A stretch of DNA of 63,750 bases, counting the filler, from Squatina squatina (taxonomy: Eukaryota): assembly GCA_031763465.1 (NCBI GenBank). It is 4 parts of 4 records of this genome, joined end to end, with 100 filler letters (N's around TTAATTAATTAA, not from the genome) between each part and the next. Parts side by side here need not be neighbours in the genome. Positions count along the whole stretch, not along the records: positions 33,932 to 51,374 come from JARFOE010000004.1; positions 51,475 to 63,750 come from JARFOE010000222.1; 2 more parts are not named here. The stretch is one strand, 5' to 3'. The position numbers were made by a program, and so were the translations under genes. The notes under the pieces were generated by a model. That model was not told the DNA's origin and made no database searches. It was given only the letters and a program-made list of their open reading frames with translations. Every line of letters starts with the position of its first letter. Within the stretch, counting starts at the first letter, position 1. Positions 49,644-63,314 of the stretch are shown here, one piece after another.

Positions 49644-50222
49644 CTGCCCTGTAGACCATGAGCTTGGTGCCAGGATTGAGGTCTTTATCTTCAAACACTC
49701 TTTTCCTCAGGTGGCTGAAGGCTATGCTGGCACGTTGGAGGTAGTGTTGGGTTTCACCGTCTACGTCTGCCCTCGCTGAGAGGAGGCTCCCAAGGTATGG
49801 GAAGCGATCCACATCGTCCGCATGCCTGATACAAGATTCCCGAAACAAGCAGTCTACTCCGAGCTTCGTATGGCAAGCGATTACCAGGAAGGCAGAGGTT
49901 AGACTTCAAGGACGTCCTCAAAGCCTCCCTGAAAAAAATTTAACGTCCCCACTGACTCATGGGAATCTCTCGCCCAAGACCGTCCAAACTGGAGGAGAAG
50001 CATCCGCGAAGGCGCCGATCACTTCGAGCTTCTCCGGCCGGAGCATGTGGAAGGAGCGCGTGAAAATCCGAGCATCCCACCCAATCACCCCATCAAACAC
50101 CACCTGCCCCACCTGTGGTAGAGTTTGCGGATCCAGTATCGGACTATTTAACCACCTCAGAACCCACAACTCCGGAGTGGAAGCAAGTCATCCTCGGCCC
50201 CGAGGGACTGCCTAAGAAGAAG
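49644..50222 (+). mobile_element. RTE-clade LINE, 5'-truncated with 5' inversion, (AAG)n tail and 12-bp TSD
   Basis: 49644-49819 encodes DDVDRFPYLGSLLS...LMVYRAA on the minus strand. 49810-50222 encodes HIVRMPDTRFPKQAVYSEL...CPTCGRVCGSSIGLFNHLRTH on plus. TSD ataatagcattg (49632-49643) / ataacagcattg (50223-50234). Confidence 0.85.
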
Positions 50223-50764
50223 ATAACAGCATTGTCAGTGTTGTAAAGCAGCTCTGTCCTCTGGTTGTGACATACAGAATCAGATAACGTGCCAGCAAAC
50301 TACAGCAGCCATGATGGCGACAGNNNNNNNNNNNNNNNNNNNNNNNNNNNNNNNNNNNNNNNNNNNNNNNNNNNNNNNNNNNNNNNNNNNNNNNNNNNNN
50401 NNNNNNNNNNNNNNNNNNNNNNNATCCCCTCTCATTCTTCGAAACTCGAGCGAATATAAGCCTAATCACCGGGGAACTGCAAGCTGATGATCTTCCCATT
50501 ACATTGCTGCTCTTGGGTGATGGAGGTCACAAGGGAGGTAAGCACTATCAAAGTAACATTGGTTAGTTGCAGTGCACACTGCAGCCGCAATCCACTGGAG
50601 TTGGAGGGCATGTAAGTCAAGCTTGCCCAGTCTCAAATATCATGCAATTGATTTGTTCTGCTTTTGTAGCCGACCTTAGGTGGTTTCTGATTTTTAGTGG
50701 TCTGTTTTGTTGTGCACCAGTGTGTAACTTTTATATCTTCACTGCATTCTTTTATTCTTTACAG

Positions 50765-51078
50765 CTGCTGTTTTCATGGCACCTTCTCCAATGCCATATG
50801 TCTCGCACCCTGCGACCAGCTATCCTAATTTCCCTAGCCTTGGAGCACCTATGCCTGCGCCTACTGGCATAATGGGGAATATGATGGGACAGTCAGTGGG
50901 TATGATGAGCCAGCCAGCAGGGAGGGTGGTTGGCATTGGAATGCCAAATGGATTTATGGGCAGTGCACAAACTGGTGTCATCAGAGTTCCGGAGAATATG
51001 GTGGGTCCCCAAGGAGGAATGGTGGGAAATTCATACAATGTGCAACAAGGCCAGCAGCCACAGTGGAACCTCAGTCAG
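50765..51078 (+). CDS. SMAP1: SMAP1 Met/Gly/Pro-rich C-terminal exon
   Basis: acag|AVFMAPSPMPY...GMPNGFMGSAQTGVIRVPENMVGPQGGMVG...QQPQWNLSQ|gtcag versus human MPNGFMGNAQTGVMPLPQNVVGPQGGMVG...QQPQWSLSQ. Confidence 0.9.
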
Positions 51079-51418
51079 GTCAGTGAAGCAGAGTATTGAT
51101 TTAGTAAAGAGCAGTAAAGCGAGAAACCCTTTACAGAAGGGTTATTGATTATCAATAATATGTAATACCGAATTATTGCTTTGTGGACTAAAAATTACCA
51201 TTTGGACTTGTCTCAGGAAGTCTGCTGTGTTGTTTCTTTGCTGCAATAAATCAAGTGGATGATCGTTATGTGCTTCCCATCCTTCTGTATTAATTAAAAT
51301 GTGCCAGTATTGCAGTCGTGGGTGCTATGAAGATAGCTGCCTGGAGTGCGACATTAATCATTGTCTCAAAGGATNNNNNNNNNNNNNNNNNNNNNNNNNN
51401 NNNNNNNNNNNNNNNNNN

Positions 51419-51430
51419 TTAATTAATTAA
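51419..51430. other. Artificial linker TTAATTAATTAA in a 100-nt gap
   Basis: 44N+12+44N, identical to 16163 and 33876. Confidence 0.95.
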
Positions 51431-54400
51431 NNNNNNNNNNNNNNNNNNNNNNNNNNNNNNNNNNNNNNNNNNNNCAGCCGCATTTGCACAGCTTTTAATA
51501 TTTACACAGCTTGCATAAAGGACCACTGGGATGGCAAAAATACGACAAACATCAGAGAATTGGAGAAGTAAATTGGATGCTTATATTTTAATTAAAATGA
51601 ATTAAACTCCACATCATTTACAAGGAAGATGCTGTGGCCAGTAGTTCCTAATAATCCAGGGTATTTCAGGGCCCAGTTGCACTAATCATTCATGTAAGGG
51701 GTAACTACAGCTTAGTATTTTGTCAACAATAGGATGGACCAAGTACTTTGAGAAAGTGGATTCAGTATAAAATACCCTCCCCTTTTAAAATCGAAACCAA
51801 TGCAGAAACTGGCTTTGTTTTGAGAGTTGTATTTTCACTCTGGGAAAATTGTGCACCTCCAGGAGATTGCGCAAAAGTAATTAACAAAACAGAACATGAT
51901 TTTGCAGCCAGCTTTATACTGAAAATACTCCTGGGTGAGAGAGAAGACACAAGTACATGGAAGGATCTGAAAATGGATAAATGATTAATCCTAAATGAGG
52001 AATCTATGGTTGCCCCATACCTGCACTGCCTTTTCATCCAGTGGCTTCAGCTTGCTGTGAATCTTGTAGCGTGGACGCTTCTGCAAAGCAGTGTCATCTA
52101 CCCCAGTGAAAATGGAAACATAATCCTGAAGCCTGTCAGGTGCAGGGTACTTTGCACTGGAAAAGACCTGCACAGAACACGATGGAACAAAAAGGCACAT
52201 GAAACCTAACATTAAGCTGGTATTANNNNNNNNNNNNNNNNNNNNNNNNNNNNNNNNNNNNNNNNNNNNNNNNNNNNNNNNNNNNNNNNNNNNNNNNNNN
52301 NNNNNNNNNNNNNNNNNNNNNNNNNTCCCAAACCCTAGTCTTAGTCTCAAACCCATATCCCAGCCTTAATCATAGGCCTGCTCATATTCCTGACCCAAAC
52401 CCTAGCTTGAAACCTGCCTCTGAGTTAATTATTGACCCTTGTCCTAAACTTCAACTCTGCCCCTAAGGGGACCACCATCAGTTTTGAATTTGGGTGTTTT
52501 AGTTCCAGATACGATCTTTAATTTGCAGCTGAGATAGCAAAAAAAAACCTAGCTCCAAGCAAAAGGCACAGGAACTATTGTTGTATTTTATGCAGAATAA
52601 CTACAGAACTTGAACACTGGAGGCTAGCTGCAAGAGGCTTTTAAAGCACCAAATTACTTGTGTGTCTGATCTGTGTACATCTTATTTTTAGGTTTCTCGC
52701 TTTCTTTCAATGACAGTTTGGATTACAATTCGTGAGTCTGTTTCACTGGGCTCCACGTGAAGTGAATATATAATTTCTCTATGGTCTCTTTGCATAGCCC
52801 TGGGTTATACATTTAGACAGAGCTAAATAATGCAATTACAGCAGTCAGAAAGTGTGGAAGGGGAATTCTTTCCATCACTGCTGTACCATGTTGATGATCA
52901 CTGCTCACAGTTCTATCACAGTACAAAAGACAGAGTGAAATGCTGTTAGCTAAAAGCTTTCATGATTCGTGTAATTTCTTCATCTGGGTCAGCCCTTTAT
53001 TTTTTATTAACATAAGGAATGATAGTCCTGACTTTCTCTCACTCTCTCACATGCAACTTTGTTTTGCTGACTCCCTCATTCTCTCTTTCTGTCTTACTGT
53101 TCCCCCTTATCTCTGTCAGCCTCTCCTTCTGTCTGACTGTTTTNNNNNNNNNNNNNNNNNNNNNNNNNNNNNNNNNNNNNNNNNNNNNNNNNNNNNNNNN
53201 NNNNNNNNNNNNNNNNNNNNNNNNNNNNNNNNNNNNNNNNNNNTAGCAACATGATGACATCATGATATTATCAATCACATCATTATGTCTTCCTACTTTA
53301 CATAAACCTGGTTCAGTGCTCCATAACACTTCAACAGTCAGCACACTTTTAAGGGCGAGGTTAAGAAAAAATTGCTGCTGGACACTTTTGTTAAGCAAAA
53401 GAATGAACAGGGTGTTGACCACTCTCTTACTCATTCCATTGAGGAAATAATGGTGCCAACTAAAAAAATATATATGAGAATATTTTAATAGTCAAGACAA
53501 CAGGAAGCACTAGAGAAGCAGAAGATGGGCAATATTAAGATTGAAGCAGCACATCAAAGTAACACAGTTGAAAGGATGTGGGAAGGTCAGCTGCCAGCTG
53601 AAGTTGAAGCTGAAATTTCTGTTAAACACATAAATGGTTTGCCAATAGATGTTATGTTTGGATCAGGGTTTATATGAACTTCAGATAAAAATAGTCACTT
53701 TGCAAATCCTTCCACCATGGCTATTTACTCATTCACTCAGCAATCAATCCAAGTTTATATTTTACACAAGAGTGACTAGACTCCTGAGATCAACTATTAC
53801 TTGCACATATAACCTTTTTATAGTGCACAAAATTATTTAAAGCGATGCATATTGGTCCCATGAGAAATTCCCCGTGCTCTTCTGCAGCACAGCTCCTGAT
53901 TCATTGAGTGAGTACCCGCAACAAATTGGCACTTGGAGGCTTCCAAGCTGTTTGATCCAAAATGCAATTACTTAAAGCAATGCCGCCATATTTGTAAGAC
54001 ATATTGGTCTATAAATTCAGCTGCACAATGCCTATTTTTTGGACACTGACTGGCCAGTTAGTCCCTAATATGGTTTACAGGAAATGCACGCACATTTCCC
54101 AGCAGATGTGCGATGCCCAACATATTGATAAATTAAAAAATAATTGAACCTTCAAATACTTTATCATTAACCTATCAAGAAAATTGTCTTCCATGCTTAA
54201 ATCTCTTTTGGCAGCAGCATCCACTGTGGTTGCTTGGCACTGTACTTAATGCAACCTCATCTTATGTAAATTGCACATTTCAGCTAATGTTATTACATCA
54301 ACTGTGAAGATGATAAACTGAAGAGCATCTTCTGTGTTTATTTCAATGAAATGAATCTCAGCACCTAGCCTGGATTGATTTTGTATCGTGCTCAATAACA

Positions 54401-55299
54401 TGGCATTTTTGTCAACTGCGAGGTTGAATCAATCTCTAAATTATGCGTAGACTTATTTTCCAAAGATTGCAGAGGCTTCAAGTTGTCAGAGTTAACCTGA
54501 AGGCTGAAAACGTTTAGAGTGTAAATTAATATTCCCAGCCCTGTGTGGGGAAGAGCAGGTCATCATTGATGACCCTTTTGAAAAACTACTGTTACGAAGA
54601 ATTGTGATTAGCTTTTATTTCTATCTGTTTCTTTTTATCTTCATGAGTATTTTTGTTTAAACAGTGCCACATTCAGAGGGCTGGCTAGGAGTGTTCCTGA
54701 AACCAAAGGTGTGAACAAACTGGATTTTCCCCCACTGCTCTTCCTTGCTTTGTTGAAAGGAAGGGCACATTCTGGCTAATGCTCCATGGGTGCTGGACAC
54801 TCTGATATTTTGCACAAGCAGCCATTCTCCATGAGGGAGCATAGATCCTGAGTGCCGATGAGTTATTTGATCATGAGAGGCATCATGCCCATGCCCGATC
54901 CTGTCTCACCTGATGCCCACATATAGGCATTTTCTTGCATTGGATAGCAATCAGCAGAGAGAACAGTGACTAATTTTGATTTTGTTCTTTCCCACGTCCC
55001 TTGCTCAGAGACACTGAGGTCAACTGTCGTTCCCCGACTGTCTCAGCTGAGATGTGCTAACTCAACAAGGACTGGGAAACATCATCACACATCAAGGACA
55101 TAGCAGTTACTGTCAGCTATCATCAACTAAAACAAGGCTCACAGACAAAAAAAACTCACACACACAAAACAGTAGGGTGGATGGCTGGCAACTCTCAATG
55201 ATTTACAGGCCGGAATCTAATCAGGGGATCAGGTGGATTATATATAGAATAATGGATATGCAGAAGTGAGCTTCTGTCTAGAAACAGTGAAAGCAGACC

Positions 55300-55752
55300 T
55301 GCGAGGAGGCAAGCGGCGGCGGTGAGAGGCAGACCCTGAAGGAGGGCAGTGACAGACTTCCACAACTGACATCGTAGTTTAGAAAGTGATGTGTTGCAAG
55401 GGGAGGCAGCTGATTGGTAAGTAGGAACAAGTGAGTATTTCTACTATTTATACTACTTCTGCTGTTCATTAGCTTAAGTAAAAATAAAGGTAAGGACTTT
55501 AGGTTGTAGTAAGTAGTGTTTAGAGTGGAATAAGGTCCCTAGCATAATTAATATTCTTTAATTTAAGGGAGTAATTTAAAGACTTAATTTAAGGGCAAGT
55601 CGTGGCAGGACAGCCCTGTCAAGTGGAATGCCCCTCCTGCACAATGTGGGAAGTCAGGGACAATTCCAGTGTCCATGGCGACCATGTGTGCAGGAAGTGT
55701 CTCCAGTTGCGGCTACTGGAAATCTGCATTTCAGAGCTGGAGCTGCGGATGG
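55300..55752 (+). mobile_element. CR1 5' UTR and ORF1 N-terminus (zinc finger/leucine zipper)
   Basis: AGQPCQVECPSCTMWEVRDNSSVHGDHVCRKCLQLRLLEICISELELR: CxxC...CxxC followed by a leucine-rich stretch, typical of CR1 ORF1p. Confidence 0.7.
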
Positions 55753-56239
55753 NNNNNNNNNNNNNNNNNNNNNNNNNNNNNNNNNNNNNNNNNNNNNNNN
55801 NNNNNNNNNNNNNNNNNNNNNNNNNNNNNNNNNNNNNNNNNNNNNNNNNNNNAATTACATAACCAATACAGAAACATGTTTTTGAAAATTAAAAAAAATT
55901 CTTTTGGTGTATAAAAATATACTTACCTTAATGGGCCAGGCTTTTAACTAATAATCCAGTAATTTAATTTATTTTTAGATTTAAAAAAAACTTATGCTGG
56001 TAAGGTGCAAGAAATTAAAGAGCTTTCTCCAGGCAAGAGTTGGACAAATAGCCCAATTCTCTGTTCATGAAAGCACTTTTCCTGTTCAAGCATATGATCT
56101 GTCAAGAGAAATCTTGACAGATCAGAAGTTCCGGATTTAGGGGCATGTGCAGCGCAGCCCTAAACCCAGAACTTGTGGGGCCTCTGCGGGCGCGTGCGCA
56201 CTCCGTATGCACCCCGAGAGCACGGAATTTTTGCCCCCT

Positions 56240-56780
56240 TATGTCTATTTATAAAGCCCAGGATCCCACATGCTTTATTAACTGCTTTGTCAACCTGTTC
56301 TGCCACCATCAAAGATTTGTACACAAGCACCACCAGGTCTCTTTATTTTTGCACCCCCTTTAAAATTGCACCATTTAGTGCGTATGGTCTCTCCTCATTC
56401 TTCCTACCAAACTGTATCGTCTCTGTGTTGAACTTCATCTGCCATGTGTCCGCCCATTCCACCAGCCTGCTTTTGTCTTCCTGAAATCTATTACTATCTT
56501 CCTCACTGTTTACTACACTTCCAAATTTTGTGTCATCTGTAAATTTCAAAATTGTGCCCTGTACCCTCAAGTCCAAGACAAAGACAATAATTTATATCGG
56601 TGATCCTAGTACTGAACATTGAGGAACACCACTGTATATCTCCTTCTGGTGTGAAATACAGCCATTCACCACAAATCTGTTTTTTGTCCCTTAGCCAATT
56701 TTGTATCCATGCTGCTACTGCCCCTTTAATCTGTGAGCTTCAATTTTGCTAACAAGCTGAGTATTTGGTACTTTATCAAA
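56240..56780 (-). mobile_element. CR1 reverse transcriptase fragment
   Basis: GTILKFTDDTKFG...WADTWQMKFN, a decayed FADDTK catalytic motif. Confidence 0.85.
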
Positions 56781-56821
56781 AAAAAAGGTTAATTTCTTTT
56801 TTGTTCCATCTTCTTCTACAG

Positions 56822-56902
56822 AAATGAGAATGTCTTACATCAGTTCTGTTGCCCAGCAGCTGACGCTGATCAGAAGCTCCCCTCCAGTACTCATTCTTCC
56901 AG
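56822..56902 (+). CDS. IQSEC3: IQSEC3 small N-terminal exon (81 nt)
   Basis: ctacag|A AAT GAG...TCC AG|gtacg gives NENVLHQFCCPAADADQKLPSSTHSS versus recalled human NETVLHQFCCPAADA. Confidence 0.8.
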
Positions 56903-59900
56903 GTACGTGTAATGATTTTCTATTCGCCAATTAAGTGTATGGCAGCCAGGAGATAAAGTAAAAGAAGAAGAAGCAGGTGATGTGACCTGCCTGTCACTGC
57001 GGAGAAGCTAGCTACACTTGGACATGAGTAAATCAATCTGTGTTCTCGGCTGCTACACTGAGTGGCATTCAAGCAGGATCATGTCAGGCTGGTTCTGAAT
57101 ACTCAACTTAAAATATTGTCGCACGTTGCTGTAACTGCTGCCTCATGCTGCAACTGGACGCAATACTGGGGCAATGTGAGGCGACGATGCTGCTGACCCT
57201 GCCTCAGCTCTAGTAGGAGCTGTTAATGTCATGACAACACATGACTTGGAATTAAACACGTATACCTTTCACTTTAAAAGCTGGAAATGCAGGGTGCCAC
57301 TTTGGAATCAGAACTCTTGAGTATCGCATCCTCCATCATATACAGCACTGTAGTCAACATTAGTTGTCCACTGATGGCTCAGCTGGTTAAATGGGTGTGT
57401 AATTGAACTATATGGACTTGGAAGTCCCTGGTTTGAGCTCTGGACTATGCTGAATTACTGAGGTCATTTGGTTTCAGTGTTAGAGAGAGGAAAAGCAGCC
57501 AAGATTCCTGTTCCTGATTCCTACCCAATAATTCCTAGTGAAAANNNNNNNNNNNNNNNNNNNNNNNNNNNNNNNNNNNNNNNNNNNNNNNNNNNNNNNN
57601 NNNNNNNNNNNNNNNNNNNNNNNNNNNNNNNNNNNNNNNNNNNNCCCCCTCCCCTGCCGTTTCTCTGTAGCCCTGCAAATAGGACACTGAGATTGCGAGC
57701 AGTCTGGTTCAGCCTGAGAGTGGCCATGAGGGGGATGGAATCAGTGGCTCGGGATCAGAGTTTGTGGCAGGAGTTGAAGACAATGGCTGTGGTCTTAATG
57801 CTTAATTGGAGCAAATTGTGGCTCATTCAGGACTGGTGTCAGACAAGTAGCCTGGCAACACAGAGGCAGTGGAATGGTCGAGCGAGGCGGTGGTTCTAAT
57901 ACTAAGTTGATATATCAGCTTTATTAGTTGAATTTTTCAGTAGCACCGCTTATAATTACTTTACTGTTATTTCCCGCTTGTAATTTGGATGCCTTGCTAA
58001 TTAACATTAAAGGTATGTCGGTGTTGCAGTTCTTGTATAACTTCTTGATGTTACGGGGAAGACTCCCTGCACTATTCTCAGTTATCTCCAGTGCCTCGCT
58101 GCAGAACAACAAAGGCCTTGCGACCAAATTCCCTGCCTGCTCCCTGCGACCCGAGAGTGTGGTGTGGCTCTGGGAGTGCTTCGAAGGGCAAAAAAATAAA
58201 TTAACTTAAAAGTGGGAATTGCACATTTATAAGAAGAGCTTCTGTTAGAATAAACATTCTAGGTCCATTATCAGTGTTGTTTGGAAGTGACTGCTGCAGG
58301 GGTAGCGTCACAGGAATTCCAGCACTCAGACACGATTTGTTTTTTTCCCCTTTCATTAGCGAGGAATTTACCCAAGAACCAACAGGCTCTGCAAGTCCTT
58401 TGATCCGAATACTTCCCCTTCTTTGGAATTCTCATCATTTCATGACAAGTACTCCTTCCATTAGGAAATCCTGTTAGAAAAGCTCTAAAGACCAGTGTTA
58501 CTTTTCTTTTTTATTTGTCGTGGAAAATCCTCCTGATCTTTTCATACTTTTTTTTTTAAATGCGTGTGCTTGCCAAGAGCAGTTATCTGCTTGTCTCTCA
58601 AAAAAAAATTATTATTCCATGATGCCACAAAATTGCATCTATAAAAAATGCATGCACTCAGTCTAGTAATTGTCAAGATGGATGAGCATTATGTTTAAAG
58701 TCACTCCATTCAAACATTTTGAAAGTTGTTCATTGTGCTTGTCAGTGGAGTACTTATTATTATGCAAATAACCTGTTATTTATGCTATTTAGAAAAATTA
58801 ACAATCATGCGTCAGCTGCATATTTGATGGATTTCTATTCTATTGTATGCTTTGGAATTTCGTTTTAAAATCTTCAGTTGTGTGATATCGAATGCAACAA
58901 AATATTGTGACATATTCAGATGGCAATTAACTCATTAATAGGCATTGATTGATTCAGCATATTAAGACAATCTACATCCCACCTCATAATCGATTTGATA
59001 TAAATGATGTAATGATAGAACAGAAAATTATGAGGGATAAGCAGAACTAAATATACAAATCCTAAATGTGCACTATTATAATTGTGACAAATTCATGTCA
59101 TGACTCCTTTTTCTTAATAAAACAAAAGGCTTGTTTGGAAAAATAACACTTTAAAGGTGCTGTATGCATCACCACGTTTTTTCCCTTGTCAGTTTTCACC
59201 CCTCCTACCCTGCAACCGTTAACTCCGACCTGGGACACGGTTCCATAGGGATCCTGCAGTACCTCACCCAAGTATCCATGAATGAGGTGCGGGGCCAGAG
59301 GGTGAGGGTTGCCAAGAGGTTTGGGCATCACAGCCAAGTTCGTCCTTCTCCTGGGCCAGTGCCCACAGGGCGATTGGCATTGGAAGCCCAGGCCTCTTTT
59401 CTCTTCTCTTTAACCTGGGGAGGGGGAAACGATGAAGCCCTTCCACTGACAATCCAGGTCAGTAAACTCAGCACAGGCTGAAGCTAGGTCCTTCCTGTTA
59501 AAGTGTCAGCCCCGGCTCATTCGCCTTTGAGTCAGAAGGTTGTGGGTTCAAGTCCCACTCCAGGGACTTGAGCACAAAAATCTAGGCTAACACTCACAGN
59601 NNNNNNNNNNNNNNNNNNNNNNNNNNNNNNNNNNNNNNNNNNNNNNNNNNNNNNNNNNNNNNNNNNNNNNNNNNNNNNNNNNNNNNNNNNNNNNNNNNNG
59701 CCAACTAGCCTCCTTCTGTGCTGTAACCATTTTATGATTCTTCATGGCAACAGTGAGGGCATTGTTAGTTTACTGCCATCTTAATTTGCTTGGAATTACT
59801 TAGAAGATACCAGTAATTCTTTCTAGACCTTTACAGGGCCTGCATTTACGCTACCATTATGCCAGTGTTATATAAGTATGAAAATAGTCTCTACCCAGCT

Positions 59901-60969
59901 ATGGATTTAACTGCTAATTTGTCTCTGCAATGAGGTTGGATTAATTTAATCCCTCAGTATTGTGCTCCCTGGAAAATTCCACATGACACAGTAGAANNNN
60001 NNNNNNACTGCAAAACATATATTGCATACTGTCATTCAAGGGCTATAGAACATGCTAGTTCTTTTTAACTTCCTCTCATTAGTCTTTTTTGACGTATTCT
60101 GCTGATGAGATTGACTCTACAATGAGAGAGACATTGCTGTCAGAATCCAACGATCTGAGTCCCATCACATTCAAAAGTCAAGCAGGTGGGTTCAAGCTAA
60201 TAATGTTACAAAAGCTGGGTCCCTCAGTTCAAATGTATTCTTTTCATTCTCGGCTTACAGTCAGGCAAAGCTCCACTGAGACCTGGGAATGGAAATTACA
60301 TTTTAATTGCTTCTCTTCTGTTGCACCATCGTGTTCTCCATGACTTGCTATGAAACTAATCTGTTGTGTCCAGGGAATCTGGCTGTTGTGATTAAGCTAA
60401 CTGTTTACTCCAGGGAGACCCCATTTATGACTACGATATGTGCATAAAGGGTTTTGAGGTTATATCTACAAATCTTCATGCCTTCATTTAAATTCTGTTT
60501 GTAAAGGTACACCAGACATCCTGGGACACGATAAGAGTCTTTCTTGGATCTCCCTATCTCCTTCCCCACCCCCACGTCACTGCAGGAGCTGAGGCCAAAA
60601 TTACCGTGTGGTGGTGGTAGGGGTGGGGGACACAGTGTGAGGGGTTAAGGGGAGCGTAGTCTCCTGCTGGAGGTATGGCAGCGGAGTAGCCAGCACCCGT
60701 GGAATTTCGGGGCCGTTATGCACAATCTGTGTGCATCCGAATGCGTGCGTGAACACACTTGCTATAACAGAACTGCACATCGTTTATTAAAGGGACATAT
60801 ACTGCTTGCACAGGAGATGTGTAACATTTACATTGCTGTTGCATCAGAAATGTCAGATGAGTGAATAGTNNNNNNNNNNNNNNNNNNNNNNNNNNNNNNN
60901 NNNNNNNNNNNNNNNNNNNNNNNNNNNNNNNNNNNNNNNNNNNNNNNNNNNNNNNNNNNNNNNNNNNNN

Positions 60970-61430
60970 CCATTCAGCCCCTTGAGCCTGCTCCACCATT
61001 CAATGAGATCATGGCTGATCTACAACCTACCTCCATATCCCTGCCTTTGGCTCACATCCTTTGGTTAACAGAAAGCTATCAATCTATCAATGTTAATTAA
61101 AATTAACAATTGATCTCGCATCAATTGTCATTTGTGGAAGAAAGTTCCAAACTTCTACCACTCCTTGTGTGTAAAAGTGTTTCCTAATTTCACTCTAATT
61201 TTTAGACTCTGCCCCCTAGTTCTAGAATCCCCAACCAATGGAAATAGGTTCTCCCTATCTGTTCTCCTTAATATCTTGAAAACTTCGATCAGATCACCTC
61301 TTAACCTTCTAATTTTTGAGGAATACAACCCTAATTTGTGTAATCTCTCCTCATAATTTAACCCTTGAAGTCTGGGTATCATTCTGATAAACCTATGCGG
61401 CACTCCCTCCAAGGCCAATATATCCTTCTT
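60970..61430 (-). mobile_element. CR1 ORF2 3' fragment abutting a Deu-SINE head (61430-61577, minus)
   Basis: KKDILALEGVPHRFIRMIPRLQGLNYEERLHKLGLYS...GDLIEVFKILR. Confidence 0.85.
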
Positions 61431-62290
61431 CATCTGAAAGATGGCACCTCCGACAGTACGGCACTCCCTCAGTACTGCAATGGGAATGTCAGCCTAGAGC
61501 TTAGTTGTCAAGTCTCTGGAGTGGGAGTGGAATCTAGAACCTTCAGACTCAGAGGCACAAGTGCTACCAACTGAGCTACTGGCTAACACAAGAGTATGAA
61601 TTCCAGCCAGCAACATTAATGGGGGCAAATGAGAGAGCCAGTAGACTGCACACACTGTGGCCCCCTCAATATAAATATCCCTCACCAGCTCACATGCATT
61701 CAAAATGCTGCCAGCTACTTAAAACTCCGCAAGGTTTGCTGCATAAATATTTCCTGCTTACCGACAAAGATTTTTCTATAGTAGCTCCAGGTCTGCTTCT
61801 GTATGGAAAATTTTATGAAGTTCCCACCTTTAAATAACATGGGCAGAGATTTGGTGCAGAAAGACCAGCCGCTGTTTGGAATTTCTTTATTNNNNNNNNN
61901 NNNNNNNNNNNNNNNNNNNNNNNNNNNNNNNNNNNNNNNNNNNNNNNNNNNNNNNNNNNNNNNNNNNNNNNNNNNNNNNNNNNNNNNNNNNTGAAAATTT
62001 ACAGTGTAGCTATATAGAGGTCTAGCATTGCAATACAATGGTGTAGCAGCATAGTTTGGTTATAGAGTTTCAAAGGGAAGCCAGCTTGCTCTGAGAAGAG
62101 GTAACTTGGAGGGTAAGATGAATGAAAGTGTGTAAGAGTTTGAACTCTAAGGTGGGATTCTGAGGCATTACCCATTTATACAGTATATTGATGTTAATAC
62201 ATGTGAGTGCCTTCCTCGTTATTTAAGTTTTTATATGTGGATAGCTACAGTCAGAATGGCATTTGATGTCCCATATCTCTCCTGTTTCAG

Positions 62291-63314
62291 ATTGAAATGC
62301 TGGAACACAAATATGGAGGCCATTTGGTATCTCGCCGGGCTGCCTGCACCATCCAGACAGCTTTCCGTCAGTATCAACTCAGCAAGAACTTTGAAAAGAT
62401 TCGGAATTCCTTGCTGGAAAGCCGCATGCCCAGGCGCATTTCTCTGCGGAAGGTCAGGCTGCAGAATGCCGAGAGTTTAATGGAAGGGTATAACTTTGCA
62501 GGAATTCCCCTGGTGAGGTCGCCATCCTTACCTGCGAGTATCAGTGGGGCTCTGACTGAGCTCGAGGACTCCTTCACAGAGCAGGTTAAGTCACTCGCTA
62601 AGTCAATTGATGATGCTCTCAGCTCATGGAGCTTGAAGACGATGTGTTCACTGCAAGATGGCAGTACTTATCAATTCACGGAGACTTTCAGTAGTGCATC
62701 AATGCAGGAGGGGACAGGAGGCGAGATGGGGAAAACAGGACAAGAGAGCACTGAAGACAAGCTGGAGGATGGCCTTGCAAGAAGTGGCAGNNNNNNNNNN
62801 TTGAATCTGCATCCGGTGCCATGGCAAACTGTGAGAATGCTCAATCAGAATCTGAGCAGAGTGCTGCTGCAAAAGATGATTGTGGTCCAGGGGAAGAGGA
62901 GGACAAAGAATCCCAAAATGCTTCTTCAGACCAGGAACAGATAACCATTCAAAACAATCACCCTTTCACAGAACTGAACGTCAATGTCAACTCAAACGGA
63001 CTAGGAGGAGGGTTGATGGGGCAGAGTCAGATCACCGTGCAGAAGATTCAAATCGATCATAACAATGGGATCGTGCAGGCCAATCAGTTGGAATCCAATC
63101 GCTTGGACAATGCGGAACAACTCAGCAGCAGCAGTACAACTTCCATCTCTGCCAAGTCTCCATCAGAGGTCTCTTCAAAAGAGGCACTGCACGCCATGAT
63201 ATTGAGCATGCCAAGGTACCACTGTGAGAATCCGAGCAGCTGCAAGTCACCCACACTCTCCACTGACATCATCCGCAAACGTCTCTACCGGATCGGCCTC
63301 AATCTTTTCAACGT
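62291..63314 (+). CDS. IQSEC3: IQ motif and Sec7 domain ArfGEF 3, large exon (IQ motif to start of Sec7; 10-N gap at 62791-62800 shifts the apparent frame)
   Basis: ttcag|[56 protein letters not shown] ... [25 protein letters not shown] gt|gtaagt, matching IQSEC3-type wording. Confidence 0.93.

Noticed and set aside
52326-52470. Telomere-like CCCTAA-type sequence
   Set aside because: Too degenerate, with no tandem perfect hexamers.
53300-53650. Purine-rich stretch with short protein-like frames
   Set aside because: Frames are broken by stops and have no recognisable motif.
62791-62800. Apparent frameshift in IQSEC3 (and likewise in FAM135A at 34322-34331)
   Set aside because: Both coincide with 10-N placeholder gaps of unknown true length, and both flanks are open and conserved.
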